From an uncultured Gemmatimonadales bacterium (GTDB lineage: Bacteria; Gemmatimonadota; Gemmatimonadetes; Gemmatimonadales; GWC2-71-9), in NCBI GenBank assembly GCA_963821525.1, contig CAWGED010000019.1, positions 672,001-736,000 on the forward strand: a DNA stretch of 64,000 nt, written 5' to 3'. How positions within the stretch are numbered: position 1 is the first letter of the stretch; each line of letters opens with the position of its first letter. Positions 21,781 through 31,540 of this stretch are shown piece by piece. Made by a program: the position numbers and the translations under genes. The notes under the pieces are model-generated. The model did no database searches. It was given only the letters and a program-made list of their open reading frames with translations, and was not told the DNA's origin.

Positions 21781-23607
21781 CTACTCGACCGTCACACTCT
21801 TCGCCAGGTTCCTCGGCTGGTCCACGTTGCAGCCGCGGCGGAGCGCCACGTAGTACGAGAAGAGCTGCAGCGGGACGATCGCGAGGATCGGCGTGAGCAG
21901 ATCGATCGTCTCCGGGATGGTGAAGGTTGCGGTGGCGAGACGGCTGATCTGGTCGTCCCCGTCGTTCTTGATGGCGATGACCTGGCCGCCGCGAGCCCGG
22001 ACTTCCTCGACGTTGGAAATGATCTTGCCGTGCACCGCGTCGCGCGGCGCGATGAACACGACCGGCATGTTCTCGTCGATCAGCGCGATGGGTCCGTGCT
22101 TCATCTCCGCCGCCGGGTACCCCTCGGCGTGGATGTAGGAGATTTCCTTGAGCTTGAGGGCACCCTCGAGCGCCACCGGGAAATTGACTCCCCGTCCCAG
22201 GTAGAGCGCGTTGTTGGTGCGCCAGAACCGCTCGGCGAGCGCTTCGACTTCGTCCGACCGATCCAGGATCGTCTGCACCTGCTCCGGCAGAGCCCGCAGC
22301 GCCTGGATGATCTGCCGGCCCTGCAGAATGCTCAGGTTGCGGAGCCGGGCGAAGCGCAGCGTGATCAGAGAGAGCGCGATCACCTGGCTGCTGAACGCCT
22401 TGGTGCTCGCGACACCCACCTCGGGACCGGCGTGCAGATAGATACCGCCGTCCACTTCGCGGGCGATGGTCGAACCCACCACGTTCACGACTCCGATGGT
22501 CCGGGCGCCGCGACGCTTGGCTTCGCGGATGGCGGCGAGCGTGTCCGCCGTCTCACCCGACTGCGAGATCCCGATGACCAGGGTGTGATCGTCCACCACC
22601 GGATTCCGGTAACGGAACTCGGAGGCGTATTCCACTTCGACCGGAATGCGGGCCAGCTCCTCCAGCATGTACTCGCCAATCAGGCCGGCGTGCCACGAAG
22701 TGCCGCAGGCGGTGATGACGATCCGGTTGATCCGCTTGATGTCGTCGTCGGTGAGGTTGAGGCCCGAGACCCGTGACGTCCCCTCTTCCTCGAGCAAGTG
22801 ACCCCGCATCGTGTTCCGAACGGTGTCGGGCTGCTCGAAGATCTCCTTCAGCATGAAATGGGAATACCCGCCACGTTCGATGGTGGCGATGTCCCACTCG
22901 ATGCGGTTGACCGTCTTCTCGATTCGGGTCGCGGCCAGGTCCCGCACGTGATAGCCCTTCCGGTTCAGCACCACCATCTCGCCGTCATCGAGATAGACGA
23001 CCGAGCGGGTGTGGGCCAGGATGGCGGAAGCATCGGAGGCGACGAACCACTCGTTCTCTCCCACTCCAACCAGGAGGGGAGATCCCTTCCGGGCGGCGAC
23101 CAGGACGTCGGGCTCTTCGGAGCAGATCACCGCGATGCCGTAGGCGCCGTCGACTTCTCTCAGCGCCTGGGCTACGGCTTCCTCGATGTTGCCGTTGTAG
23201 CACTCGCCAACCAGGTGGGCGAGCACTTCGGTATCGGTTTCGGACTTGAAGGTGTGACCGCGCTGCTCGAGCGCCCGGCGGATGGCGCCGGAGTTCTCGA
23301 TGATCCCGTTATGGATCAGCGCGATGCGGCCGGTCTGGTCGGTGTGAGGATGCGCGTTCGGCGTGGTCGGAGCACCATGCGTCGCCCAACGAGTGTGGCC
23401 GATGCCGAGGCTTCCCTTCGGCATGGCTCCTTCGAGCTGCTTCTCGAGTGCGGAGAGTTTCCCGGCCTGCTTCATGACCGTGAGGCCGGCCCCGTTCACC
23501 ACCGCGATTCCTGAAGAGTCGTACCCGCGGTACTCCAGCCTTCTCAGCCCCTCCAGCAACAGGCCCGCAGCCTGGCGGGGGCCCACATATCCCACAATGC
23601 CACACAT
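21781..23607 (-). CDS. glmS: Glutamine--fructose-6-phosphate transaminase
   Basis: MCGIVGY, LEYRGYDS, GHTRWATHG, SQSGETADT, EGALKLKEISY, NVDQPRNLAKSVTVE. Confidence 0.98.
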   Translation of the reverse strand: MCGIVGYVGPRQAAGLLLEGLRRLEYRGYDSSGIAVVNGAGLTVMKQAGKLSALEKQLEGAMPKGSLGIGHTRWATHGAPTTPNAHPHTDQTGRIALIHNGIIENSGAIRRALEQRGHTFKSETDTEVLAHLVGECYNGNIEEAVAQALREVDGAYGIAVICSEEPDVLVAARKGSPLLVGVGENEWFVASDASAILAHTRSVVYLDDGEMVVLNRKGYHVRDLAATRIEKTVNRIEWDIATIERGGYSHFMLKEIFEQPDTVRNTMRGHLLEEEGTSRVSGLNLTDDDIKRINRIVITACGTSWHAGLIGEYMLEELARIPVEVEYASEFRYRNPVVDDHTLVIGISQSGETADTLAAIREAKRRGARTIGVVNVVGSTIAREVDGGIYLHAGPEVGVASTKAFSSQVIALSLITLRFARLRNLSILQGRQIIQALRALPEQVQTILDRSDEVEALAERFWRTNNALYLGRGVNFPVALEGALKLKEISYIHAEGYPAAEMKHGPIALIDENMPVVFIAPRDAVHGKIISNVEEVRARGGQVIAIKNDGDDQISRLATATFTIPETIDLLTPILAIVPLQLFSYYVALRRGCNVDQPRNLAKSVTVE

Positions 23608-23621
23608 CCTGAGGAGCCTCG

Positions 23622-25001
23622 CTATACCATGAGTTCGCGGCAAGCCGACACCAGTTGTTCGGCTGCTTCGGCGGTTGGCGCTTCGGCGATGAACCGCACG
23701 ATCGGCTCAGTTCCCGAAGGCCGAATGTGTACCCATCGGTCCTCCCACGCGAGCCGCAGTCCATCGCGAGTGTCCGCTACCGCATCACTGAATCGCGCGG
23801 TCAGCTTCGCGTACACGGGAGCCAAGTCCTTGCCCCGCTGTCCCTTAGCCTTAACTATCCGGTACTGCGGCTGCCCGGCGACCAACCGGGAAACAGCCTG
23901 CCCGGATCGGGCGAGCAGGTGCAAAATTAGCGCCACACCCACTGGTGCGTCACGCCCAATGTGGAGTGCGGGCAGAATCACACCACCGTTGCCTTCACCC
24001 CCGATTACCGCCCCCTCATCCCGAATCGCGCGAGCGACGTTCGCCTCACCCACTGCGGCGCGGACGAAACGGGCGCCACACATCCGGGCGGCATCCTCGA
24101 CCACAAGACTGGTGGAGAGGTTGGCGACGACCACCGGCGGACCGGCGGACCGGCGGACCGGCGGAACAGCGGACCCATCGAGAACAGAGCGCACCGCGAA
24201 CGCCAAGGTGTAGTCCTCGCCGATCGGACGCCCCGTTTCATCCACCAGGGCCAGTCGGTCTACATCGGGATCCACCGCCAGACCAATCACCGCACCGCTC
24301 TCGCGAACCAGCCGGGAAAGCTCGCCCAGATTCTCGGGGAGTGGCTCGGGCGCCCGGGGAAATTTTCCGTCGGTCTCCAGATTGATTCCGGAGACTCGAC
24401 ATCCCAGCCGCTCCAACAGCTGGGGAATCGTGGTTCCACCAGCGCCGCGAACACAATCGAGCGCCACGGTGAACTTTTTCGCCCGGATCGCTTCGACATC
24501 CAGACCGGGAAGCGCCAAGACCTGTTCGAGATGCCGCTTGATAGCATCACGATCTTCGCGATACTGGCCAACTCCCTCCCATCCGGTGCGAGCCGGCCCC
24601 TGTTCGGCGAGGGCGCGGACCGCATTGCCGGCGGCGCCGTCGAGGAAGATCCCGTCGGGACCGACGAACTTGAGGGCGTTCCACTCGATCGGGTTGTGAC
24701 TCGCGGTGAGAATGAGCCCGGCCCCGGCGTGGTGATGCTCGACCGCGAGCTGCACGGTGGGCGTCGGTACTACGCCGACATCGATGACCTCGACGCCCAC
24801 CGACATGAGGCCCGCCGTGGCGGCTCGGGCGTACATCGGCCCGCTGGTGCGCGCATCCCGCCCCAGGACGACGACCGGCTTGCCGTTCTGCCGGGCCCAG
24901 TCACCAAGGGCCGCGGCATGGCGCGCGACGAGTTCGGGTGTCAGGTCCTTGCCGACAATGCCACGCATGCCGGAAACGCTGATCATCAATGTGTCGGACA
25001 T
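23622..25001 (-). CDS. glmM: Phosphoglucosamine mutase / alpha-phosphohexomutase
   Basis: TASHNP, DPDVDR, GGEGNGG, RPSGTEP; directly upstream of glmS. Confidence 0.85.
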   Translation of the reverse strand: MSDTLMISVSGMRGIVGKDLTPELVARHAAALGDWARQNGKPVVVLGRDARTSGPMYARAATAGLMSVGVEVIDVGVVPTPTVQLAVEHHHAGAGLILTASHNPIEWNALKFVGPDGIFLDGAAGNAVRALAEQGPARTGWEGVGQYREDRDAIKRHLEQVLALPGLDVEAIRAKKFTVALDCVRGAGGTTIPQLLERLGCRVSGINLETDGKFPRAPEPLPENLGELSRLVRESGAVIGLAVDPDVDRLALVDETGRPIGEDYTLAFAVRSVLDGSAVPPVRRSAGPPVVVANLSTSLVVEDAARMCGARFVRAAVGEANVARAIRDEGAVIGGEGNGGVILPALHIGRDAPVGVALILHLLARSGQAVSRLVAGQPQYRIVKAKGQRGKDLAPVYAKLTARFSDAVADTRDGLRLAWEDRWVHIRPSGTEPIVRFIAEAPTAEAAEQLVSACRELMV

Positions 25002-25166
25002 GGGCGGAAAGGTAGGAGGGGCGGCGGAGTGACGGTATGGTGCTAAGGTGGTATGGCTGGAGGGCGGACAGGGCGGACAGGCGGCAAGCGGACGGCGTAA
25101 GTCGCGGCTGCAAGTCCCTCACTACCACCATCCCGCCCTCCCGCCGTCCGCCCTACCGCCTACCTA
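25002..25166. repeat. Inverted 8-mer array element, GGCGGA family
   Basis: GGCGGACA-like and GGTATGG-like units ... CCGCCCTC CCGCCGT CCGCCCTA CCGCCTA. Confidence 0.65.
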
Positions 25167-26270
25167 CACGTCTATGGGCAACGCTGCCGGATCAGGAAAC
25201 GCGTTAATGAACGCCTCGACAACCGCGGGATCGAATTGGGTGCCGGAGCAGGTCCGGAGCTCGGTGTAGGCATCAGCAGGATTTCGCGAGGCCCGGTAGG
25301 CCCGGTTGGTAGTCATGGCGTCGAACGCGTCCACCACTCCAACGATGCGGGACTCGATCGGGATGAGGTCTCCCTTGAGCCCGTCGGGGAATCCTTTGCC
25401 ATCCATCCGCTCGTGGTGGGAGCGCACGATCCGCAGTACCACGCCCTTTTCCCGCGCCAGCGGCGCCAGGATCTTCTCGCCGAGGAGTGTGTGCTCGGTG
25501 ATGTGCTGGAATTCGTCGGGAGTGAGCGGACCGGGTTTGTTGAGCACCGCTTCGCGGGTACCGATTTTCCCGATGTCGTGCAGCTCCGCCCCCAGGCGAA
25601 TGTGCTCCAGCATTTCACCCGTGTAGCCGAGACGCAGTGCGGTCTTCACGGCATAGCGGCTGACCCGGCGAGAATGGCCCTGGGTGTAGGCGTCCTTCGC
25701 TTCGAGAGCGTGAGCCAGCGTCTGCACCGCCTCGAGGAACAGCTCGCTGATCCGGGTGGCCTGGCTCCGTACCCGCCGCTCGAGATTCTTCTGGTAGAAC
25801 CGCCGCTGGAGCAGCAGCTCACGCTTCTCGAGAGCCTTGAGCACCCGGGCCCGAACCTCCTCCAGCATCGCCGGCTTCTGGAGGTAATCGAGCGCCCCTT
25901 TTTCCAGACACGCGACCGCGGTCTTCACCTCGGCGACGCCGGAGAGCATGATGATCGCCGTGTCGGGATAGCGCGCGAGGACTCCCTCCAATAGGCCCAG
26001 CCCGTCCATTCCCGGCATGTTGATGTCGGAGATGACCAGCGGGACCTCACCTTCACTTTCGAGCAGGGCCAGAGCCTCCTCACCGTTCCCCGCTTCGAGG
26101 CAGGTGAAGCCGAGGCTCTGAATCATGCGGACCATGGTGCTGCGCACCTTGAGGTCGTCGTCGGCCACGAGCGCGCGGGGTGCAAGCACCCTGGGCTCCG
26201 GGGGCGTGACTCCCCGCAAATGCGCCCTGAACCCTCTAGCGGGCGATCGATCCACCGGTTTCTCTTTCAC
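25164..26270 (-). CDS. Response regulator with HD-GYP phosphodiesterase domain (start uncertain)
   Basis: REC (VADDD, SDINMP, KP); HS.RV, LHDIGKIG, HHERMDGKGFPDGL, DAFDAMT. Confidence 0.9.
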   Translation of the reverse strand: MKEKPVDRSPARGFRAHLRGVTPPEPRVLAPRALVADDDLKVRSTMVRMIQSLGFTCLEAGNGEEALALLESEGEVPLVISDINMPGMDGLGLLEGVLARYPDTAIIMLSGVAEVKTAVACLEKGALDYLQKPAMLEEVRARVLKALEKRELLLQRRFYQKNLERRVRSQATRISELFLEAVQTLAHALEAKDAYTQGHSRRVSRYAVKTALRLGYTGEMLEHIRLGAELHDIGKIGTREAVLNKPGPLTPDEFQHITEHTLLGEKILAPLAREKGVVLRIVRSHHERMDGKGFPDGLKGDLIPIESRIVGVVDAFDAMTTNRAYRASRNPADAYTELRTCSGTQFDPAVVEAFINAFPDPAALPIDV

Positions 26271-26324
26271 CTTGCCGCGCTTTGTTCAGGGCCATTAGGT
26301 TCCCGCCACCCTTTCTCCTCGGCA

Positions 26325-27488
26325 ATGACCAGGATTCGCTCGAACGATCTGGATCGGGGTTTCTCCACCCGTGCAGTGCACGCCGGCCAGCAGGAAGATC
26401 CGCTGGCCGGGGCCGTGATGACACCAATCTACCAGACCAGTACCTATGTCCAAGAGGGTCTGGGGCGCCATAAGGGCTACGAGTACGCCCGCACCCAGAA
26501 CCCCACCCGCGAGGCGCTGGAGCGCAATGTCGCGAGCCTGGAGGGCGGGCAATACGGCTTCGCGTTCGGCTCCGGTCTCGCCGCGACCGACACGGTACTC
26601 AAGCTGCTTTCCGCCGGAGACCACGTCGTCTGCGGCGAGAACGTCTACGGCGGAACCCACCGGCTGATGGAACGGGTCTACGCCCGGTTGGGACTCACCT
26701 TCACGTTCGTGGATTCGCGCGACATCCGGAATATCGAGCGGGCCGTAACACCCGCGACCCGGATGATCTACTGCGAGACGCCCACCAATCCGATGATGCA
26801 CCTCACGGATCTCGCCGCGGTGGGCGATCTCACTCAGGCGCGCGGGCTGCTCCTCACCGTCGACAATACCTTCGCGACACCGTTCTTCCAGCGGCCGCTC
26901 TCATCGGGCGCGGACATCGTCATTCATTCGACGACGAAGTACCTGAACGGCCACAGCGACATGGTGGGCGGTGTCGTCATCACGTCTCGCGACGACCTCG
27001 CGGAGCGGATCGGCTTTCTTCAGAACGGAGCAGGCGCGGTTCCCGGTCCCATGGATTGCTGGCTCGCGCTGCGCGGCATCAAGACGCTGCCGCTCCGCAT
27101 GCGCCGGCACGACGAAAATGGGCGCCGGATAGCGCAGTGGCTCAGCCAACATCGTGCCATCACCAGGATTTACTACCCCGGCCTGCCGTCTCATCCCCAG
27201 CACGACCTGGCCTGCCGGCAGATGAGCGGCTTCGGCGGGATGATCTCGATCGACCTGGGCGACCCGGAGAAGGCCCGGCGCATGGCCGAGCGCACGAAAA
27301 TCTTCGCGCTCGCCGAGTCCCTGGGCGGAGTGGAAAGCCTGATCGGTCATCCCGCGTCAATGACACACGCGTCAGTTCCGGTGGCGATGCGTCAGGCGAT
27401 GGGCCTCACCGACAGCTTGATTCGCCTGAGCTGCGGGATCGAGGATGCCGACGACCTGATGGCCGATCTGGAGCAGGCCCTGGGATAG
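26325..27488 (+). CDS. Cystathionine gamma-synthase/gamma-lyase family PLP enzyme
   Basis: PIYQTSTY, YARTQNPT, ETPTNP, VDNTF, HSTTKYLNGHSD, AESLGGVESL. Confidence 0.93.
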   Translation: MTRIRSNDLDRGFSTRAVHAGQQEDPLAGAVMTPIYQTSTYVQEGLGRHKGYEYARTQNPTREALERNVASLEGGQYGFAFGSGLAATDTVLKLLSAGDHVVCGENVYGGTHRLMERVYARLGLTFTFVDSRDIRNIERAVTPATRMIYCETPTNPMMHLTDLAAVGDLTQARGLLLTVDNTFATPFFQRPLSSGADIVIHSTTKYLNGHSDMVGGVVITSRDDLAERIGFLQNGAGAVPGPMDCWLALRGIKTLPLRMRRHDENGRRIAQWLSQHRAITRIYYPGLPSHPQHDLACRQMSGFGGMISIDLGDPEKARRMAERTKIFALAESLGGVESLIGHPASMTHASVPVAMRQAMGLTDSLIRLSCGIEDADDLMADLEQALG

Positions 27489-27509
27489 AACCGTCGTTCC
27501 GTATCAGAA

Positions 27510-27535
27510 TGAAACGAAGTAGAATTCCCGACGTA
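27510..27535 (+). promoter_or_regulatory. SigW-type ECF promoter motif upstream of the M48 peptidase
   Basis: TGAAAC-N16-CGTA exact match, 32 nt before ATG 27568. Confidence 0.6.
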
Positions 27536-27567
27536 GGGTCGCTCTCCTCACCACGGACGAGCCGTCT

Positions 27568-28584
27568 ATGAGCACCTCGGTTCCAAGCACCCGGCCGCGG
27601 CGTACCCTGCCCCAGATCGCCGCCGTTTCCTGGGAGCACCCTGCCGATCGCGCCGCCCTTCAGGCGATGCGGGCGATTCCCGGCTTCGACGAAGCGGTCC
27701 GCAAGATCGTGGCGATCCTGGGCGGAGAGCGGGGTATTCGCCTCCTCTTCCAGGCCAACGCCGTGAAGGCCGGGCCCTCTCAATTTCCCACGCTCTACAG
27801 CACTCATGTCGAGGTGTGCACCACCTTCGACTGGCCCAAGGTCCCCGAGCTTTTCGTTACCCAGACTCCGATCTTCAACGCCGGAGCGTACGGCGTGGAC
27901 GATCCCTTCATCGTCCTGCACTCCGCCGCGCTGGAGATGCTCGACGACGAGGAGATGCGAGCGCTCATCGCGCACGAGATGGGACACGTGATCAGCGGCC
28001 ATGCGCTCTATCGCACCATCGCCGAGATCCTGCTGCTGGTGAGTTTCTCGGCACTGCCCATTCTCGCGGGAATCGCGCTCCTTCCGATCCGCCTCGCCCT
28101 GCTGGAATGGATGCGGAAGTCGGAGCTCTCGAGCGATCGTGCCGGCCTGCTGGGGAGCCAGGATCCGCTCGCGTCGCAGCGGCTCTTCATGAAGATGTCG
28201 GGCGGGGTGCGGCCGCCGAACGTGGTGGGTCAGCTCAACCTCGACGCTTTCATGGCCCAGGCGCAGGAATACTCCCAGAGCAACGAGGGTCTCGATGTGA
28301 TCTACAAGATCCTCAATACCCTGGCACTGACCCATCCGATGCACACCGTGCGCGCCGGGGAGCTGCAGCAATGGATGGCCACCGGGGAGTACGACCGGAT
28401 TCTTCGGGGCGAGTACACCAAGCGCGGGCCGGAGACTGCCTCGCGGCCGCTCCGGGATGACTTCGCCGAGGCGGGAAGTCACTATGCCCGGGAGACCCGG
28501 GAGACGCTGGATCACGTTGTCGACGCCGCCAAGAAGGCAGCGAGCCGGATGGGAGACGCCTTCCGGAAAGCGCAGGAGAAATGA
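27568..28584 (+). CDS. M48 family zinc metallopeptidase
   Basis: NAGAYG, AHEMGH, ELSSDRAG, THP. Confidence 0.9.
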   Translation: MSTSVPSTRPRRTLPQIAAVSWEHPADRAALQAMRAIPGFDEAVRKIVAILGGERGIRLLFQANAVKAGPSQFPTLYSTHVEVCTTFDWPKVPELFVTQTPIFNAGAYGVDDPFIVLHSAALEMLDDEEMRALIAHEMGHVISGHALYRTIAEILLLVSFSALPILAGIALLPIRLALLEWMRKSELSSDRAGLLGSQDPLASQRLFMKMSGGVRPPNVVGQLNLDAFMAQAQEYSQSNEGLDVIYKILNTLALTHPMHTVRAGELQQWMATGEYDRILRGEYTKRGPETASRPLRDDFAEAGSHYARETRETLDHVVDAAKKAASRMGDAFRKAQEK

Positions 28585-29868
28585 GAGTACTGGTCGTCGG
28601 AGGTGGAGGACGGGAACACGCGCTTTGCTGGGCGCTTCGTCACGACCTTCCCTCAGCCGACATCTATTGTGCGCCGGGGAATCCCGGCACCGCGGAAATC
28701 GCCACCAATCTCGAAATCTCCGCCACCGACATCGATCGCCTCGCCGATGCGGCGGACGCCTACGGCGTCGATCTCACCGTCATAGGACCCGAGCAGCCCC
28801 TCGCGCTGGGACTCGCCGACCGGCTGCGGGCCGAGGGTCGTTCGGTGTTCGGACCCGGAGCTGCCGGGGCGGCGATCGAAGCATCGAAGGCCTTCGCGAA
28901 GGAAGTGATGAAGAAGGCGGGCGTCCCCACCGCGGCGAGCCGGTCGTTCGATCGCCTGGACGAGGCGCTTCAGTACGTGGACAGTCACGCCGAACCGCTG
29001 GTGGTGAAAGCCTCGGGTCTCGCGGGTGGCAAGGGTGCCGTGGTGTGCGCGACTCGCGCGGATGCGCGCAGCGCGGTTCGCACCATGCTGGGAGAAGGTC
29101 GATTCGGCTTGGCCGGCCGGGTCGTCGTCATCGAAGAGTTCATGGAAGGCGAGGAACTGTCGCTGCTCGCGATCACCGATGGACACGCGAGTCGAGCTGC
29201 TTCCAGCGGCGCAGGATCACAAGCGGTTGGGCGAGGGAGATGACGGACCCAACACCGGCGGTATGGGTGCCTACAGCCCGGTCTCCATCGGCACTCCCGC
29301 TCTCCTCGAGCGGGTGCAGCATGAAGTCCTGCTCCCGACGCTTCAGCAACTTGCCCGTGAAGGGGCACCTTTCTCCGGGGTGCTCTACGCCGGCCTGATG
29401 ATCGGACCCGACGGCAGCCCTCGCGTCGTCGAGTTCAATTGCCGGTTCGGAGACCCCGAGGCGCAGGTCATTCTCCCTCTACTCGCCGGCGGCCTCGCGG
29501 AGTGCATGGCCAGTGTGGCGCGGGGGCAGGCGCCGACTGCGTTGTCGCTCGAGCCTGGACTCTTTGCCGTCACGACGGTCCTCGCCGCTCGCGGCTACCC
29601 GGATGTTCCAGTGAAGGGAGCGGAAATCACCATTCCCGAATCGCTTCCTTCGGAGGTAACCGTTTTTCATGCCGGCACCGCGCGTGATGAAGACGGCACT
29701 CTGCGAGTGGCGGGAGGTCGAGTGCTGAATGTGACCGCCGTCGCCTCGAGCTTCGAAGAGGCCCAGGCGAAGAGCAGAGAAGCGGCCGAAGCAATTCAGT
29801 TCGATGGGAAAGTCTTCCGCAGAGACATCGGCTGGAGGGAGGCGGCGCGACTGACTTCCCGCGTGTGA
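28581..29868 (+). CDS. purD: Phosphoribosylamine--glycine ligase (frameshift near 29185)
   Basis: VGGGGREHAL, PGNPG, KASGLAGGKG; then QDHKR, GPNTGGMGAYSP, EFNCRFGDPE, GGRVL in the adjacent frame. Confidence 0.95.
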
Positions 29869-30044
29869 CGCAGATCCTGCCTTAATCGTCTTTCATCGGT
29901 TGTTATTTCGAACTTACCTGCAGTTGTAGGCGGAATTCCTACACGCCGACGCCCTCCCCGAGTGTGACGCAGATCCTGCCTCAGTTCGTACCTTCCTGTG
30001 TCATTATTTCGGCGTCGCCTGCTCTGGCAGGCGGGAATTCTTAC
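29857..30044 (+). repeat. Degenerate ~99-bp tandem duplication upstream of the cupredoxin gene
   Basis: GTGTGACGCAGATCCTGCCT at 29863 and 29962, each followed by TTATTTCG, CCTGC..AGGC and GGAATTC(C/T)TAC. Confidence 0.8.
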
Positions 30045-30053
30045 GGAGGATGT

Positions 30054-30476
30054 ATGTTTTCATCGCGCAGTCGCAGGATCTCGGCCCTCCTCTCACTGTC
30101 CCTCGTGGGGCTGGCGGGCATGGCATGTGGTAGTTCGACAAGTTACGGCGGCGGTGGTGGTGGTGGAAGTAACTTCCCGACTCCCACCGGCGCACAGGTG
30201 ATCATGGTGCACGGTGCGCAGACCAAGAACAACACGGCGTTCAGCCCGAACCCGTTCACGGTTTCGTTGAACGGCGCGGCTTCGGTCAGCGTCGAATTCG
30301 GCAATGACGACAATGTGACCCATACGGTCACCGAAAGCGTCGCGAACCCGACCTTCAACAGCGGCAATCTGGCCAAGGGGACGACGTTCACCCACAACTT
30401 CACAACGGCCGGCACGTACAACTACCACTGCAGCATCCACCCGAACATGGTGGGAACGATTCAGGTAAACCCGTAG
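30054..30476 (+). CDS. Cupredoxin (plastocyanin/azurin-like) lipoprotein
   Basis: GGAGG RBS, lipobox LAGMAC, type-1 Cu ligands H(TVT)...YHCSIHPNM. Confidence 0.88.
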   Translation: MFSSRSRRISALLSLSLVGLAGMACGSSTSYGGGGGGGSNFPTPTGAQVIMVHGAQTKNNTAFSPNPFTVSLNGAASVSVEFGNDDNVTHTVTESVANPTFNSGNLAKGTTFTHNFTTAGTYNYHCSIHPNMVGTIQVNP

Positions 30477-30502
30477 CACCGGTTTGCCGGAGCTTTCGAG
30501 CG

Positions 30503-30529
30503 GGGCGCCCTTGCCGGCGCCCTTTTTTT
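30503..30529 (+). terminator. Rho-independent terminator
   Basis: GGGCGCC-cttgcc-GGCGCCC followed by T7. Confidence 0.8.
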
Positions 30530-30568
30530 CTCCACCTTCAACCTCTCCAGGACTCCAGAGAGGCCACC

Positions 30569-31111
30569 GTGCCGGAAACACCCCTCGCAGGGTGGGAAAG
30601 CTTCTACGTCATTCTCGGCTCGTCGGCCGCCGCGCTGACCGGGCTCCAGTTCGTCGTCATGGCGCTGGTGGCTGATGTGCCTCGGGCGGGCTCGATCCAC
30701 GACATCGCGACCTACGGAACCCCCTCGGTGGTGCATTTCTGCTCCGCGCTGCTCGTCTCGGCCATTCTGAGCGCGCCCTGGCCTGATCTCGAGGCAGTCC
30801 ATATCCCGCTGGTTCTCACGGCGGCCGCAGGGCTCGTCTACATGGTGGTCGTCATTCGGCGAGCGCGCTCGCGGGGCCAGTACCAGCCAGTGCTGGAGGA
30901 CTGGATCTGGCACACCATGCTCCCCTTCACAGGGTACGCCGTCCTCTGCGGCGCTGCTCTGAAGCTGCAGACTCACCCCACCGGCGCACTCTTCCTGATC
31001 GGCGGCGCGACGCTCCTGCTTGTGTTCATCGGGATTCACAACGCGTGGGACACGGTAGTCTGGATCGCGACCCAGGGGACCCAGCGGAACAAGGCGGAGA
31101 GCAAGGAGTAG
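30569..31111 (+). CDS. Hypothetical integral membrane protein (~5-6 TM)
   Basis: WESFYVILGSSAAALTGLQFV, IGIHNAWD; multiple hydrophobic segments. Confidence 0.8.
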   Translation: MPETPLAGWESFYVILGSSAAALTGLQFVVMALVADVPRAGSIHDIATYGTPSVVHFCSALLVSAILSAPWPDLEAVHIPLVLTAAAGLVYMVVVIRRARSRGQYQPVLEDWIWHTMLPFTGYAVLCGAALKLQTHPTGALFLIGGATLLLVFIGIHNAWDTVVWIATQGTQRNKAESKE

Positions 31112-31540
31112 CTACTGCGGTTCCTCGGCGGGCAGGTTGCCAAGGGCGGCAGGGACGGCTCGTTGGATGGCCGCGAGGAGCTGGTCGCCGGCGATCGGCT
31201 TATGCAGATAGCCGCTCACTCCGGAGGCTCTGTAGCGCGCTTCGACTTCGGGGGCATCGTCAGCGGTGTAGATGAGGGTGGGCACCAGCACCCCGCTTTC
31301 CACCAGATGCTGGTGCACCTCCAGCCCCGTCATCTGCGGCATGTGCGCGTCGAGCAGCAGGCAGTCGGGGGGATCTCCTCCCACCGCCAGCGAGTCGATG
31401 AACTCCGGGCCGGAAGCGTAGACCGTCGCCTTCAGCCCCAGCGACTCGCAGAGCCGTCGCAGGCCCACCCGAACCGATGCCTCGTCCTCGACGATCGCGA
31501 CTGCGATCGGATGACCGGATCTCGAATCCTCGAGAGGCAT
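31112..31540 (-). CDS. Single-domain response regulator (FixJ-like receiver)
   Basis: IVEDE, LLDAHMPQMTG, YT, HKP. Confidence 0.85.
   Translation of the reverse strand: MPLEDSRSGHPIAVAIVEDEASVRVGLRRLCESLGLKATVYASGPEFIDSLAVGGDPPDCLLLDAHMPQMTGLEVHQHLVESGVLVPTLIYTADDAPEVEARYRASGVSGYLHKPIAGDQLLAAIQRAVPAALGNLPAEEPQ

Noticed and set aside
23608..23621. glmS ribozyme
   Set aside because: Only 14 nt separate glmM and glmS
28581..29868. Programmed ribosomal frameshifting in purD, hisB or hisF
   Set aside because: No consistent slippery site, and the breaks are scattered over many unrelated genes
30146..30167. GGC/GGT triplet run
   Set aside because: Encodes an ordinary Gly linker after the lipoprotein Cys
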